Shown here one piece after another: positions 38,158 to 47,918 of a DNA stretch of 64,000 nt (its first letter is position 1; the number at the start of each line of letters is the position of its first letter). Source of the stretch: Candidatus Nanopelagicales bacterium (GTDB lineage: Bacteria; Actinomycetota; Actinomycetes; S36-B12; CAIYMF01); contig JBBQAY010000003.1 of the NCBI GenBank assembly GCA_038316965.1, forward strand, positions 25,335 to 89,334, in the 5' to 3' direction. A model generated the notes under the pieces. It saw only the letters and a list, made by a program, of their open reading frames with translations, had not been told where the DNA came from and made no database searches. A program made the translations under genes and the position numbers.

Positions 38158-38772
38158 TCAGGCCTGCTCGACCGGAAGCGGGTGGCCGGTCGCAAGGCGG
38201 GCGTAGTCGAGGATCAAGCGGGTCGCGGCACCGTGGTCGATGCTCGAGTGCCGCGCCATCATGCGGTAGCCGTACGCATCCTCGAGCGCGACGAGGTTGC
38301 GCCCGATTGTCAGCGATGGGTGCGCGAGATGGAAGGCGCCCTGCGCCGCACCGGATTCGAGGATCACCTGGTACATCGCCACCTGGCGGTCATAGAGCGA
38401 GGTGAGGAGCGCGGCGTACACCGTGTTGCGGGCTGCGGCTCCGCCGAGCTCGCAGAGCAGGCGCACGTCAGGGTCGTCGGAGTCGACCGGCAGGCCCGAG
38501 GCGATGGTGACGACGAGCTTGCGCGCCGGGTCGTCGATCCCCTCGACGGCGCGCATGCGGTAGTCGTGGAACCGCTCCATGCCGGCGCGGTTGGCGTCGA
38601 GGAGGAGGTCCTGCAGGTCGGGATAGTGGTAGAGCACCGCCCCGGAGGTGAGGCCCGCCTGCTCGGCGACCTGGTTGAGTCGCACGGAGGTGCCGTGCTC
38701 GAGCATCGCGCGCCGCGCGGCCTCGACGAGGTCGGCGCGGCGCTCGGTGCGCGGCTTGGGTCTCGTCGCCAC
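38158..38772 (-). CDS. TetR family regulator
   Basis: N-terminal HTH VAEQAGLTSGAVLYHY. Confidence 0.9.
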   Translation of the reverse strand: MATRPKPRTERRADLVEAARRAMLEHGTSVRLNQVAEQAGLTSGAVLYHYPDLQDLLLDANRAGMERFHDYRMRAVEGIDDPARKLVVTIASGLPVDSDDPDVRLLCELGGAAARNTVYAALLTSLYDRQVAMYQVILESGAAQGAFHLAHPSLTIGRNLVALEDAYGYRMMARHSSIDHGAATRLILDYARLATGHPLPVEQA

Positions 38773-38847
38773 GTCTCACCTCCTCCGGACGCCGCACAGT
38801 ACCCGCCCTGGCGGCCGTGGAGAAGGGCTCCGCGCGGGTGTTTCTGT

Positions 38848-38863
38848 TTGAATCCGGATTCAA
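38848..38863. promoter_or_regulatory. Candidate TetR operator
   Basis: Perfect palindrome TTGAATCCGGATTCAA between the divergent operons. Confidence 0.75.
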
Positions 38864-39013
38864 CGATTTGGTAAACCCCTTGTTACGACAACGGCTCTGA
38901 CCCTTGCGCTCGTCTGAGTTCCGGTGCAACACTCCGGCCCACGCCGGGCGATGCCGGCGGTGAGCAGCGCCGGGGGCTGCGCGCTCGCACTCGACCCGAC
39001 CGGGAGCCTGCAC

Positions 39014-40144
39014 ATGCGCCGAACTGCTCGCACGACCAGCCGCACGATGTGGCTGGCCACCGGGGCCGCCGCCTCGATGCTCGTCCTCGCCGCCTGCGGT
39101 GGCAGCGGCAGCGAAGGGACCGCCAGCGCGCTCCCCAGCGACTCGCTCGACCCGAACGCCGACCTGAAGGCTCAGTCCCTCGTGGTCTCCAACTGGGCCA
39201 GCTACATGCCCGAGGACCTGCCCACGAAGTTCGAGACCGCAGTCGGTCCCCAGGTCACGGTCACCAACCACGCGACCAACGAAGAGATCATGGCCAAGCT
39301 CACCGCCGGTGGTGACTCGGGCATCGACGTCGCCTTCGTCTCCGGGCAGTTCGCCCAGGCCCTGGCCGAGCAGGGCCTGGTCGAGCCCATCCATGCCGAT
39401 CTCGTGCCGAACCTCAAGAACCTCTACCCCGAGGCCTCCCAGCTGTCGTACGACCTCGGCAACAAGTACTCCGTGCCGTACTCGTGGGGCACCACCGGCA
39501 TCTGCTACCGCAGCGACCTCGTCAAGACCGCGCCGACGAGCTGGGGCGACATCCTCAACCCCGCGGCCGACGTCACCGGCAAGACCACAGCCCTCGCGAC
39601 CGAGCGCTGGCTGATGCTCCCCGCCCAGAAGCTCCTCGGCTACTCGGCCAACACGACGAACCCCGACGAGATGGCCAAGGTCAAGGACCAGCTGCTCAAG
39701 ACCAAGCCGAGCCTGCTGGCGTACGACGACACCACGTTCTACTCGCGCCTGGTGTCCGGCGAGGCCTCGATGGTCGTGGCGTGGGACGGCTGGTGCAACT
39801 ACGGCATCACCGAGAACAAGGACATCAAGTTCGTCGTGCCCACGGAGGGAAGCGACCTCTGGGCCGACACGATGGTGGTCCTGAAGACGTCGAAGAACAA
39901 GGAGGCGGCGCACGCCTTCATCAACTACGTCCTCGACGCGGACAACGGTGCCTGGGTGATCGACAACATCCTCTACAAGGTTCCCAACAAGGCCGCGATG
40001 GACAAGGCCGCGGGCGCCCTGGTCGCCACCTACCCGAACATGGGCATGACGCCGGCTGAGCTCCTCAAGGGCGAGAGCCTCGTCGACCTCGGCGAGTTCG
40101 CACCCGAGTACACCAAGATCGCGACCGAGGTGACCGCGGGCTGA
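39014..40144 (+). CDS. Polyamine ABC substrate-binding lipoprotein (PotD/PotF-like)
   Basis: LAAC lipobox, NWASY, TNEE..AKL, PYSWGTTG, P.EG..LW.D. Confidence 0.88.
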   Translation: MRRTARTTSRTMWLATGAAASMLVLAACGGSGSEGTASALPSDSLDPNADLKAQSLVVSNWASYMPEDLPTKFETAVGPQVTVTNHATNEEIMAKLTAGGDSGIDVAFVSGQFAQALAEQGLVEPIHADLVPNLKNLYPEASQLSYDLGNKYSVPYSWGTTGICYRSDLVKTAPTSWGDILNPAADVTGKTTALATERWLMLPAQKLLGYSANTTNPDEMAKVKDQLLKTKPSLLAYDDTTFYSRLVSGEASMVVAWDGWCNYGITENKDIKFVVPTEGSDLWADTMVVLKTSKNKEAAHAFINYVLDADNGAWVIDNILYKVPNKAAMDKAAGALVATYPNMGMTPAELLKGESLVDLGEFAPEYTKIATEVTAG

Positions 40145-41034
40145 TGTCCCAGGTCACCACTCGCCGGAGGCGGGGCTCGCGCCTCGCCTCCGGCGAGCGG
40201 CTCGCGCTCACCGGGCCCGGGCTGCTCTACCTCACCGTGTTCATGGCGGTGCCGCTCCTCCTCGTCCTCGTGTACGCGTTCTTCCAGCGAGGGCGCTTCG
40301 GCGGCATCGTGTGGAAGCCGACCCTCGACAACTTCGTCCGTGCCCTGGATCCGGTGTACGTCTCGGTCCTCGGCAACTCGCTCGTCATCGCGGGCATCAC
40401 CACCCTGCTGGCCGTCCTGCTCGGCTACCCCGTCGCGTACGGGATCGCCAAGCTGCCGGCGAGATGGCGGACCATCGCTCTCGTGCTGGTCGTGCTGCCC
40501 TTCTGGACGAACTTCCTGATCCGTACGTATGCCTGGATCGTGCTGCTCAACTCCGAGGGCCCGTTCAACAAGGCTCTGCTCGGCCTCGGCATCATCGACG
40601 AGCCGCTGGGACTGCTCTACACACCCGGTGCCGTGATCGCCGGCCTGCTCTACGCCTACCTGCCGCTGATGATCCTGCCCCTCTACGCCTCGATCGAGCG
40701 CCTCGATCCGCAGCTGCGCGAGGCGGCGTCCAACCTCGGGGCGACGCCGTGGCGCACCTTCCGCGACGTCACGCTGCCGCTCACGCTCCCCGGCGTCCTC
40801 ACCGGATGCCTCTTCGTGTTCGTCCCGAGCCTCGGCAACTTCGTGGTGCCCGAGCTGCTCGGCGGCGGCAAGACCGTGATGGTCGGCAACCTGATCCGCG
40901 ACCAGTTCCTCAAGGCGCGCGACTGGCCGTTCGGGGCAACCCTCGCGATCGTCGTGATCGCGTTCCTGGTGCTGCTCTTCGTGCTGCAGTCGTGGGCGGC
41001 CCGACGGGTCTCGGGAGGCGGGCGTGATGCGTAG
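40144..41034 (+). CDS. Polyamine ABC permease (PotB-like)
   Basis: PFWTNFLIRTYAW; EAA loop EAASNLGA. Confidence 0.9.
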   Translation: MSQVTTRRRRGSRLASGERLALTGPGLLYLTVFMAVPLLLVLVYAFFQRGRFGGIVWKPTLDNFVRALDPVYVSVLGNSLVIAGITTLLAVLLGYPVAYGIAKLPARWRTIALVLVVLPFWTNFLIRTYAWIVLLNSEGPFNKALLGLGIIDEPLGLLYTPGAVIAGLLYAYLPLMILPLYASIERLDPQLREAASNLGATPWRTFRDVTLPLTLPGVLTGCLFVFVPSLGNFVVPELLGGGKTVMVGNLIRDQFLKARDWPFGATLAIVVIAFLVLLFVLQSWAARRVSGGGRDA

Positions 41035-41797
41035 CCTCGGCTGGCTCCGGCTGCCCATGGCCGTGACGTACGTCTTCCTCTACCTGCCGATCCTCGTGCT
41101 CGTGGTGCTGTCGTTCAACGCGTCCAAGCAGCCGTTCACCTGGGGCGGGTTCAGCACGAAGTGGTACTCCGAGCTCGCCGGCAACGCCGAGGTGCTGCAG
41201 GGCCTCGGCAACACGCTCATCGTGGCCGTCGGGGCCACCGTGCTGTCGACGGCGCTCGGCACGCTCCTCGCCGTGGGGCTGCACAGGCACTCGAGGTCCA
41301 ACCTGCTGGACGCGTACGCCCTCGTCCCAGCCATCCTGCCTGACCTGGTCCTCGGCATCGGCCTGCTCGTGCTCTTCACCCTGGTCTCGATGACCCTCGG
41401 GCTGTACTCCGTCCTGCTCGCCCACGTTGTGTTCGGCATGGCGTTCGTGACCGCCGTCGTCCGCGCGCGGCTCACCCAGGTGGACCCGTCGTTGGAGGAG
41501 GCCTCGCGCGACCTCGGGGCCGGTCAGGTGTCGACGTTCTTCCGCATCACCGTGCCCGGTCTGATGCCAGCGATCGTCGCGGGCGCGCTGCTCGTGTTCA
41601 CCCTCTCGCTCGACGAGTTCGTGATCGCGTTCTTCACCAACGGCCCGAGCTCGCCGACGCTCCCGATCGTCATCTACTCGATGGTTCGGTTCGGCGTCAC
41701 GCCCGAGATCAACGCCCTTGCCAGCATCCTCATGCTCGTCAGCTTCACCGCCGTCATCAGCGCGCAGCGGCTGACCCGACTCACGGACACCGTATGA
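41027..41797 (+). CDS. Polyamine ABC permease (PotC-like)
   Basis: FLYLPI...SFN, EEASRDLGA, SLDEF, TPEINA. Confidence 0.9.
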   Translation: MRSLGWLRLPMAVTYVFLYLPILVLVVLSFNASKQPFTWGGFSTKWYSELAGNAEVLQGLGNTLIVAVGATVLSTALGTLLAVGLHRHSRSNLLDAYALVPAILPDLVLGIGLLVLFTLVSMTLGLYSVLLAHVVFGMAFVTAVVRARLTQVDPSLEEASRDLGAGQVSTFFRITVPGLMPAIVAGALLVFTLSLDEFVIAFFTNGPSSPTLPIVIYSMVRFGVTPEINALASILMLVSFTAVISAQRLTRLTDTV

Positions 41798-42849
41798 ATG
41801 ACTCAGCCCTCGCGCCGCTCGTCAGCATCCGTGGCGTCTCCCGTTCCTTCGGTGACGTCGTGGCGCTCGACGACGTCAGCCTCGACATCCACGAGAACGA
41901 GTTCTTCGCGTTGCTCGGGCCGTCGGGCTGCGGCAAGACGACGCTGCTGCGCGTGCTCGCGGGCTTCGAGCACCCCGACTCGGGCGAGGTCCTGCTCACC
42001 GGCGAGGACCTCCTGGCGCAGCCGCCGCACCGTCGCCCCGTCAACCTCATGTTCCAGTCGTACGCGCTGTTCCCGCACATGAGCGTCGAGCGCAACGTCG
42101 CCTACGGTCTCGAGCGGGAGGGCCGACCCAAGGACGAGGTCGGCGATCGGGTGTCCGAGGTGCTCCGCACGGTTGGACTGTCCGACCTCGCGCGCCGCCG
42201 CCCGTCGCAGCTGTCCGGCGGCCAGCGCCAGCGCGTGGCTCTCGCCCGAGCGATCGTGAAGCGCCCGCGCCTCCTCCTGCTCGACGAGCCGCTGTCGGCT
42301 CTCGACCGCAAGGTGCGCGCCGAGATGCAGCTCGAGCTCAAGCGGCTCCAGCACGAGGTCGGCATCACCTTCGTGGTCGTCACCCACGACCAGGAGGAGG
42401 CCATGTCCATGGCCGACCGCATCGCCGTCATGGGGTCGGGCCGAGTGCAGCAGATCGATGCACCGATCGACCTGTACCAGCGTCCGGCGACGTTGTTCGT
42501 CGCGGGCTTCATCGGGACGAGCAACCAGTTCCAGGGCCAGGCCGTCGAGGGCGGCATCGCCCTGCACGACAAGGTCCTGCCGGGGACTGCCCACGGAGCC
42601 GCGGTGTCGGGCAACGCAGTTCTCGTCGTCCGCCCCGAGGACACGCGGCTCGTGGACGAGGCTGCGGCGTCGGTGAGCGGCACGGTCGTCGACACCCAGT
42701 TCTACGGCGGGGTCTCGACGGTGGCCGTCACCGTTCCCGGCCACGACGCTCCGGTCCTGCACACCCGACCAGGTGCCCCCGAGGTCGAGCGCGGCGCCGT
42801 CGTGCACCTGGCGTGGGACGCGGCCAAGGCCGTCGTGCTGGCCGGCTGA
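41794..42849 (+). CDS. Polyamine ABC ATPase (PotA-like)
   Basis: GPSGCGKT, LSGGQ, LDEP, THDQEEA, TOBE-like tail. Confidence 0.92.
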   Translation: MNDSALAPLVSIRGVSRSFGDVVALDDVSLDIHENEFFALLGPSGCGKTTLLRVLAGFEHPDSGEVLLTGEDLLAQPPHRRPVNLMFQSYALFPHMSVERNVAYGLEREGRPKDEVGDRVSEVLRTVGLSDLARRRPSQLSGGQRQRVALARAIVKRPRLLLLDEPLSALDRKVRAEMQLELKRLQHEVGITFVVVTHDQEEAMSMADRIAVMGSGRVQQIDAPIDLYQRPATLFVAGFIGTSNQFQGQAVEGGIALHDKVLPGTAHGAAVSGNAVLVVRPEDTRLVDEAAASVSGTVVDTQFYGGVSTVAVTVPGHDAPVLHTRPGAPEVERGAVVHLAWDAAKAVVLAG

Positions 42850-42860
42850 CGGGACGACTC

Positions 42861-44273
42861 GTGACCATCACACCGTCCGACGCGAGCATCGCGTCGTCGC
42901 TCCGCGGCGCCGACCACCGCGTGCTGTGGACCGACCGTCCGGGTGCGCCCGACCCCACCCCTCCACTCGTCGGGCGCGTGCGCACGGACCTTCTCGTCAT
43001 CGGCGGAGGCCTCACCGGGCTCTGGACCGCGGTCGAGGCGCTGCGGCGCGAGCCCTCGCGTGACGTGATGCTCCTCGAGGGCGACGTCGTCGCCTCCGGA
43101 GCCTCGGGCCGTAACGGCGGGTTCATCGCGGAGTCCCTCACGCACGGGATCGCACACGGGCGCGACGCCTGGCCGACGGAGATGCCCGACCTGCTGCGGC
43201 TCGGCCGCGAGAACCTGGCTGAGATCTCGGACTTCCTTGCGGCAGAAGGGATCGAGGCTCACCTTCGACTGGCCGGCAAGTCGGTGATGGCCACGCTCCC
43301 GCACCAGGTCGCCGGCTTGGCCGAGTCGCACCGGATGCATCTCGAGGCGGGCGAGGACTCCTCGCTGCTCGATGCCGAGCAGATGCAGGCCGACGTCAGC
43401 TCACCGACGTACCTCGGTGGCCTGCGAGTCCGGTCCGGAGGCGGCACAGTCGATCCGGCGCTGCTGTGCTGGGGGCTTCTGCGCGCCGCCCAGGCTCGTG
43501 GGGCCGTCGTGCACGAGCACACCCCCGTCACCTCCCTTGCACGCGCGGCCGACTGCATCGAGGTCACGACCGCCCACGGTGTGGTGGAGGCACGGCGCGT
43601 CGTCCTCGGCACGAACGCGTTCCCGCCGCTGCTCGCTCGACTGCGCAACTGGATCCTGCCGGTGTACGACCACGTCCTCGTGACCGAGCCCTTGACGCCG
43701 CACCAGCGCGAGTCGATCGGCTGGAGCGAGGAGCAGGGGCTCACCGACGCCGGCAACCAGTTCCACTACTACCGCCTCACCCCGGACGGCCGGATCCTGT
43801 GGGGCGGATACGACGCGATCTACCACTTCGGTGGGCGAGGGCCTGAGTCGGTGCAGGCACGCGACCAGTCGTTCCGCACCCTCGCCGCGCACTTCCTCGA
43901 CACGTTCCCCCAGCTCGAGGGAGTGCACTTCACGCACCGCTGGTACGGCGCGATCGACACGACGTCGCGCTTCACTCCCCTGTTCGGCACGGCGTTCGGC
44001 GGGCGCCTCTCCTACGCCGTCGGCTACACCGGGCTCGGTGTGGGGGCGTCGCGCTTCGGTGCGCGTACGGCGCTCGACCTCGTCGACGACGTCACCAGCG
44101 AGCGCACGGCGCTCGAGCTCGTCCGGCGCCATCCGGTGCCGTTCCCGCCCGAGCCTGTCCGCTACCCGCTGATCCGGGTCACCCAGGCGGCTCTCGCCCG
44201 TGAGGACCGCACCGGGCACCGCGGTGCCTACCTCCGCCTGCTCGACCGCTTGGGAGTCGGCTTCAACAGCTGA
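42861..44273 (+). CDS. FAD-dependent amine oxidoreductase (PuuB/DadA-like)
   Basis: IGGGLTG, GASGRNGG, GYTGLGV. Confidence 0.82.
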   Translation: MTITPSDASIASSLRGADHRVLWTDRPGAPDPTPPLVGRVRTDLLVIGGGLTGLWTAVEALRREPSRDVMLLEGDVVASGASGRNGGFIAESLTHGIAHGRDAWPTEMPDLLRLGRENLAEISDFLAAEGIEAHLRLAGKSVMATLPHQVAGLAESHRMHLEAGEDSSLLDAEQMQADVSSPTYLGGLRVRSGGGTVDPALLCWGLLRAAQARGAVVHEHTPVTSLARAADCIEVTTAHGVVEARRVVLGTNAFPPLLARLRNWILPVYDHVLVTEPLTPHQRESIGWSEEQGLTDAGNQFHYYRLTPDGRILWGGYDAIYHFGGRGPESVQARDQSFRTLAAHFLDTFPQLEGVHFTHRWYGAIDTTSRFTPLFGTAFGGRLSYAVGYTGLGVGASRFGARTALDLVDDVTSERTALELVRRHPVPFPPEPVRYPLIRVTQAALAREDRTGHRGAYLRLLDRLGVGFNS

Positions 44274-44313
44274 CGCTGCTCTGCTCCGCACCGCCTTCCA
44301 CCCTGGAGTTGCC

Positions 44314-45774
44314 ATGACCGCCGGCCTGCACATCGATGGCGTCACCCGCCCGGGCTCCGGTGGCGTGCGCGTCCTGCTCGACCCGGCCGACGGCACGGTC
44401 ACGGCCGAGGTGCACGAGGCGTCCGTCGAGGAGGTCGGCGAGGCTGTGGCGTCCGCGCGTGCCGCTCAGGCCGCCTGGGCACGGCGTACTCCTGGCGAGC
44501 GGGCACGAGTGCTGCTGCGGCTGGCCGACCTCGTCGAGGACCGGGCTGCGCAGATCACCGAGCTCGAGGTGAGGGAGTCGGGCAAGCCCTGGGGAACCTT
44601 CCTCGACGGTGAGCTTCCCTTCGCGGCGGACAACCTGCGCTTCTTCGCCGGCTCCGCCCGCTCGCTCGAGGGCACTGGCGCCGGGGTGCTGTCGGACGGC
44701 TACACCTCGATGCTGCTGCGCCGACCCGTCGGGGTCGTGGGCAGCATTGCGCCCTGGAACTTCCCGTTCATCATGGGGATCTGGAAGATCGGCCCCGCCC
44801 TGGCCGCCGGCAACACTGTCGTGCTGAAGCCGGCTCCGGCCACACCCAGCTCCTCGATCCTGCTCGCCGAGCTCGCTGCCGAAGCGGGTCTTCCGGCGGG
44901 TGTGCTCAACGTCGTCACCGGCGGCGCCGACGTCGGCACCGCGCTCGTCGGCGACCCGGGCACCGACATGGTCTCGGTCACAGGGTCGTCGGCGACCGGC
45001 CGCGCTGTCATGGCCGCCGCGGCCGACACGGCCAAGCGCGTGCACCTCGAGCTCGGCGGCAAGGCACCCGCGCTGGTCTTCGCGGACGCCGACCTCGAGG
45101 CGATGGCACGTGCGGTCGCGCTGGGGGCGACGTACAACTCGGGTCAGGACTGCACGGCGGCCACGCGCGTGTACGTCGAGCGCTCGCGCTACGCCGACGC
45201 GGTCGACTCCCTGCGCGGCGTGATGGCCGGCATCAAGGTCGGTGCTCCGCGCGACGCCTCGACCGACATCGGCCCCCTCATCTCGATCGACCATCGTGAC
45301 CGCGTGCACGGGTTCGTGACGCGTGCGGCCGAGGCTGGTGCCGAGATCGTCGTCGGTGGCGAGATGCCCGACGGCGCGGGTGCGTACTACGCCCCGACCT
45401 TGGTGGCTGGGCCCCGGCAGGACAGCGAGATCGTCCAGGGCGAGGTGTTCGGGCCCGTCCTCGTCGTGCTCCCCTTCGACGCGGAGGACGACGCCGTACG
45501 CCTCGCGAACGACTCGCGGTACGGCCTCGCGTCGTCGGTGTGGACCTCCGATGTCGGGCGCGCGCTCCGGGTGAGCCACAGGCTCGACGTCGGCGTCACC
45601 TGGGTCAACGACCACCTGCCGATCGCGTCCGAGGCGCCGCACGGAGGCGTGAAGGGCAGTGGCTTCGGCAAGGACATGAGCCACGAGGCGGTGCTGGAGT
45701 ACACGGTGACTCGGCACCTCATGATCAAGCACGCGGCGACCGTGGCCGAGCCCGAGGGCTTCCGCCCCGCCTAG
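44314..45774 (+). CDS. Aminoaldehyde (gamma-aminobutyraldehyde-like) dehydrogenase
   Basis: PWNFP, LELGGKAP, NSGQDCTA, EVFGP, PHGG.K.SG. Confidence 0.88.
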   Translation: MTAGLHIDGVTRPGSGGVRVLLDPADGTVTAEVHEASVEEVGEAVASARAAQAAWARRTPGERARVLLRLADLVEDRAAQITELEVRESGKPWGTFLDGELPFAADNLRFFAGSARSLEGTGAGVLSDGYTSMLLRRPVGVVGSIAPWNFPFIMGIWKIGPALAAGNTVVLKPAPATPSSSILLAELAAEAGLPAGVLNVVTGGADVGTALVGDPGTDMVSVTGSSATGRAVMAAAADTAKRVHLELGGKAPALVFADADLEAMARAVALGATYNSGQDCTAATRVYVERSRYADAVDSLRGVMAGIKVGAPRDASTDIGPLISIDHRDRVHGFVTRAAEAGAEIVVGGEMPDGAGAYYAPTLVAGPRQDSEIVQGEVFGPVLVVLPFDAEDDAVRLANDSRYGLASSVWTSDVGRALRVSHRLDVGVTWVNDHLPIASEAPHGGVKGSGFGKDMSHEAVLEYTVTRHLMIKHAATVAEPEGFRPA

Positions 45775-45788
45775 CCCTCCCCGTGACA

Positions 45789-45835
45789 CTGATCAAACCG
45801 TCGTTTCCCAGCCCCGGAAACGACGGATTGATCAG
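45789..45835. terminator. Long hairpin (terminator or REP-like) between convergent genes
   Basis: CTGATCAAACCGTCGTTTCC / GGAAACGACGGATTGATCAG, 1 mismatch. Confidence 0.7.
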
Positions 45836-45849
45836 GCTGAGCGAGGGGG

Positions 45850-46710
45850 TCAGGGGAGCCAGCTCACCTTGCCGCCGAGGAGCGCGTAGCCGATGAAGGC
45901 CACCGCGTCGATGAGGAAGTGCGCGATGACGAACGGCATCACTCGCCGCCAGCGCCGGAACAGCCAGCCGAAGACCAGGCCCATGGCGATGTTGCCGACG
46001 AAGCCGCCGAAGCCCTGGTAGAGGTGGTACGCGCCACGAAGGAATGCGCTGGTGCCCAAGGCCTTCCACGGCTTCCACCCGAGCTGGTCGGCGCGGTGCA
46101 GCAGGTAGGCGAGGACGATGACCTCTTCGACCACGGCGTTGTAGGCGGCGTACAGGATCGGGTAGGCCGCGTTCCACCAGCCGCCGGACAGCGTGACGGC
46201 GGCGATGCGCACGCTGAAGCCCATGTTGTACGCGGCGAGGTAGAACACGAGGCCCACGCCACCGATGCCGGCCGCGAGCGCAGCGCCGCGCAGGAGGTCG
46301 CGCTTCCACTCGCTCAGGTCGAAGCCGATCGTGCGCGCACCCTCGCCGCTGCGGCGCAGCAGGTGGATGACGAGCAGGACCGGGATCAGCGCGAGACCGA
46401 TGCGCGTGGCCTGGTACATGAAGTCGAGCCACGGCCGGTCGACGACGTACGTGGTGATCAGGGTCGTCGTCTGCTGGCGAAGCGGAGTTCCCTTGGTGAG
46501 GGAGTCCACCAGCGACACGAACGACCTCAGTGCGGACGCCGCGATCGAGACCCACAGCACGAGCCAGACCTCGCTCCGGAGCATCCGGCGGTCCGGGAGC
46601 GTCCGCGGCGCGGTCTCGGGCGCGAGGGACGGCAGCCCCGGTCGGCCGCCAGCGACGGGCGCCACGGCAGCCGGTTCAGGCTGGTCGGGCGAGGCGTCGG
46701 GGTCGCTCAT
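45850..46710 (-). CDS. CPBP/CAAX (Abi-family) intramembrane metalloprotease
   Basis: VEEVI, YHLYQG, IAHFLID. Confidence 0.87.
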   Translation of the reverse strand: MSDPDASPDQPEPAAVAPVAGGRPGLPSLAPETAPRTLPDRRMLRSEVWLVLWVSIAASALRSFVSLVDSLTKGTPLRQQTTTLITTYVVDRPWLDFMYQATRIGLALIPVLLVIHLLRRSGEGARTIGFDLSEWKRDLLRGAALAAGIGGVGLVFYLAAYNMGFSVRIAAVTLSGGWWNAAYPILYAAYNAVVEEVIVLAYLLHRADQLGWKPWKALGTSAFLRGAYHLYQGFGGFVGNIAMGLVFGWLFRRWRRVMPFVIAHFLIDAVAFIGYALLGGKVSWLP

Positions 46711-46898
46711 GCCCTTGACCGTACGGCGTGCGTGCCCAGGGGGCGGCGCGCGGCCCCGGCGGGCGTCCGCGCGGGTCTCGGTGCGGCGGGCACGGTGGCG
46801 GCTCCTGGCGTGGGATCGGCGGCGGAATGGAGCCGGGGGCGAAGGCGTTGCCAGGAGGATGACGTGCGCGGGAGCGCACAGGTTCCGACTGTTGGAGA

Positions 46899-47831
46899 AT
46901 GAGCACCATGCGCCCCGAGAGTCTCTACGAGATCGTGACCGACGACGTCGAGGTCGACGCCCCGGTCCTCGTGCACGCGCTCGGCGGATTCCTCGACGCC
47001 GGTGCAGCCCGTCAGCTCGCCGTGGCACATCTGCTCGCGACGTACGAGCACCGAACGGTGGCCGAGTTCGACATCGATGCGCTCTACGACTACCGGGCCC
47101 GTCGGCCCCGGATGATCTTCGACACCGACCACTACGAGTCGATCGACTATCCCGAGCTGCTCCTGTCCGAGCTCAAGGACCAGAACGGCGCGGCGTTCTT
47201 CCTGCTGCACGGTCCCGAGCCCGACTTCGGGTGGCGCACGTTCAACTCCGCGGTGGTGCAGCTCGTCGAGCGCTACGGCGTACGCCGTTCCATCGGCCTC
47301 AACGCGATCCCGTGGGCGGCGCCGCACACGCGACCGATCGGGGTCACCGCGCACGCCACGAACCCGTCGATCGTGATCGGCCGCTCGAGCTTCGTCGGTG
47401 CGATCCAGGTGCCGGGCCACATGGCCGGAGCGCTCGAGATCGCCATCGGCGAGGCCGGTCACGAGGCCATGGGCTTCGCCGTGCACATCCCGCACTACCT
47501 CTCCCAGGTCGAGTACCCGCGCGCCGCCGTCCAGCTGCTGCAGGAGGTTGCCGTCGCGGGTGAGCTGTCGCTCGACTGGTCGGCGCTCGAGATCGCAGCC
47601 GACATCGCCGACCGCGAGATCAACGAGCAGGTTGCCGCCAACCCGGAGAACCTCGAAGCCGTGCACGCCCTCGAGGCGCAGTACGACGCGATGTCCCGCG
47701 GGGCTGCCGCGGCGCTCCAGATGGCCGACCTCGTCGAGGGCGAGGAGCTGCCAAGCGGCGACGAGATCGCCGCCCAGCTCGAGGACTTCCTCCGCGAGAT
47801 GGACGAGGGCAAGCCCGAGGACCGCTCCTAG
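46899..47831 (+). CDS. PAC2 family (proteasome assembly chaperone-like) protein
   Basis: GFLDAG, DYRARRP, GPEPD..W, PHTRP, PHYL...YP. Confidence 0.88.
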   Translation: MSTMRPESLYEIVTDDVEVDAPVLVHALGGFLDAGAARQLAVAHLLATYEHRTVAEFDIDALYDYRARRPRMIFDTDHYESIDYPELLLSELKDQNGAAFFLLHGPEPDFGWRTFNSAVVQLVERYGVRRSIGLNAIPWAAPHTRPIGVTAHATNPSIVIGRSSFVGAIQVPGHMAGALEIAIGEAGHEAMGFAVHIPHYLSQVEYPRAAVQLLQEVAVAGELSLDWSALEIAADIADREINEQVAANPENLEAVHALEAQYDAMSRGAAAALQMADLVEGEELPSGDEIAAQLEDFLREMDEGKPEDRS

Positions 47832-47846
47832 CTCCCTGGGTTTGCG

Positions 47847-47889
47847 ATGAAGGCGACCTTCATCCAATAGAGCCGAACAATCCTTCCCA
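47847..47889. repeat. REP-like element, left copy
   Basis: ATGAAGGCGACCTTCATCCA; 47858-47889 is the inverted copy of 49289-49320 (31/32). Confidence 0.85.
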
Positions 47890-47918
47890 TCATCGTTCGA
47901 CTCTGCGTCGCGTTCCGC

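Noticed and set aside
45850-46710. Abortive-infection defence role for the Abi/CAAX protease
   Set aside because: The family name is historical; it sits in a housekeeping context with no defence neighbours
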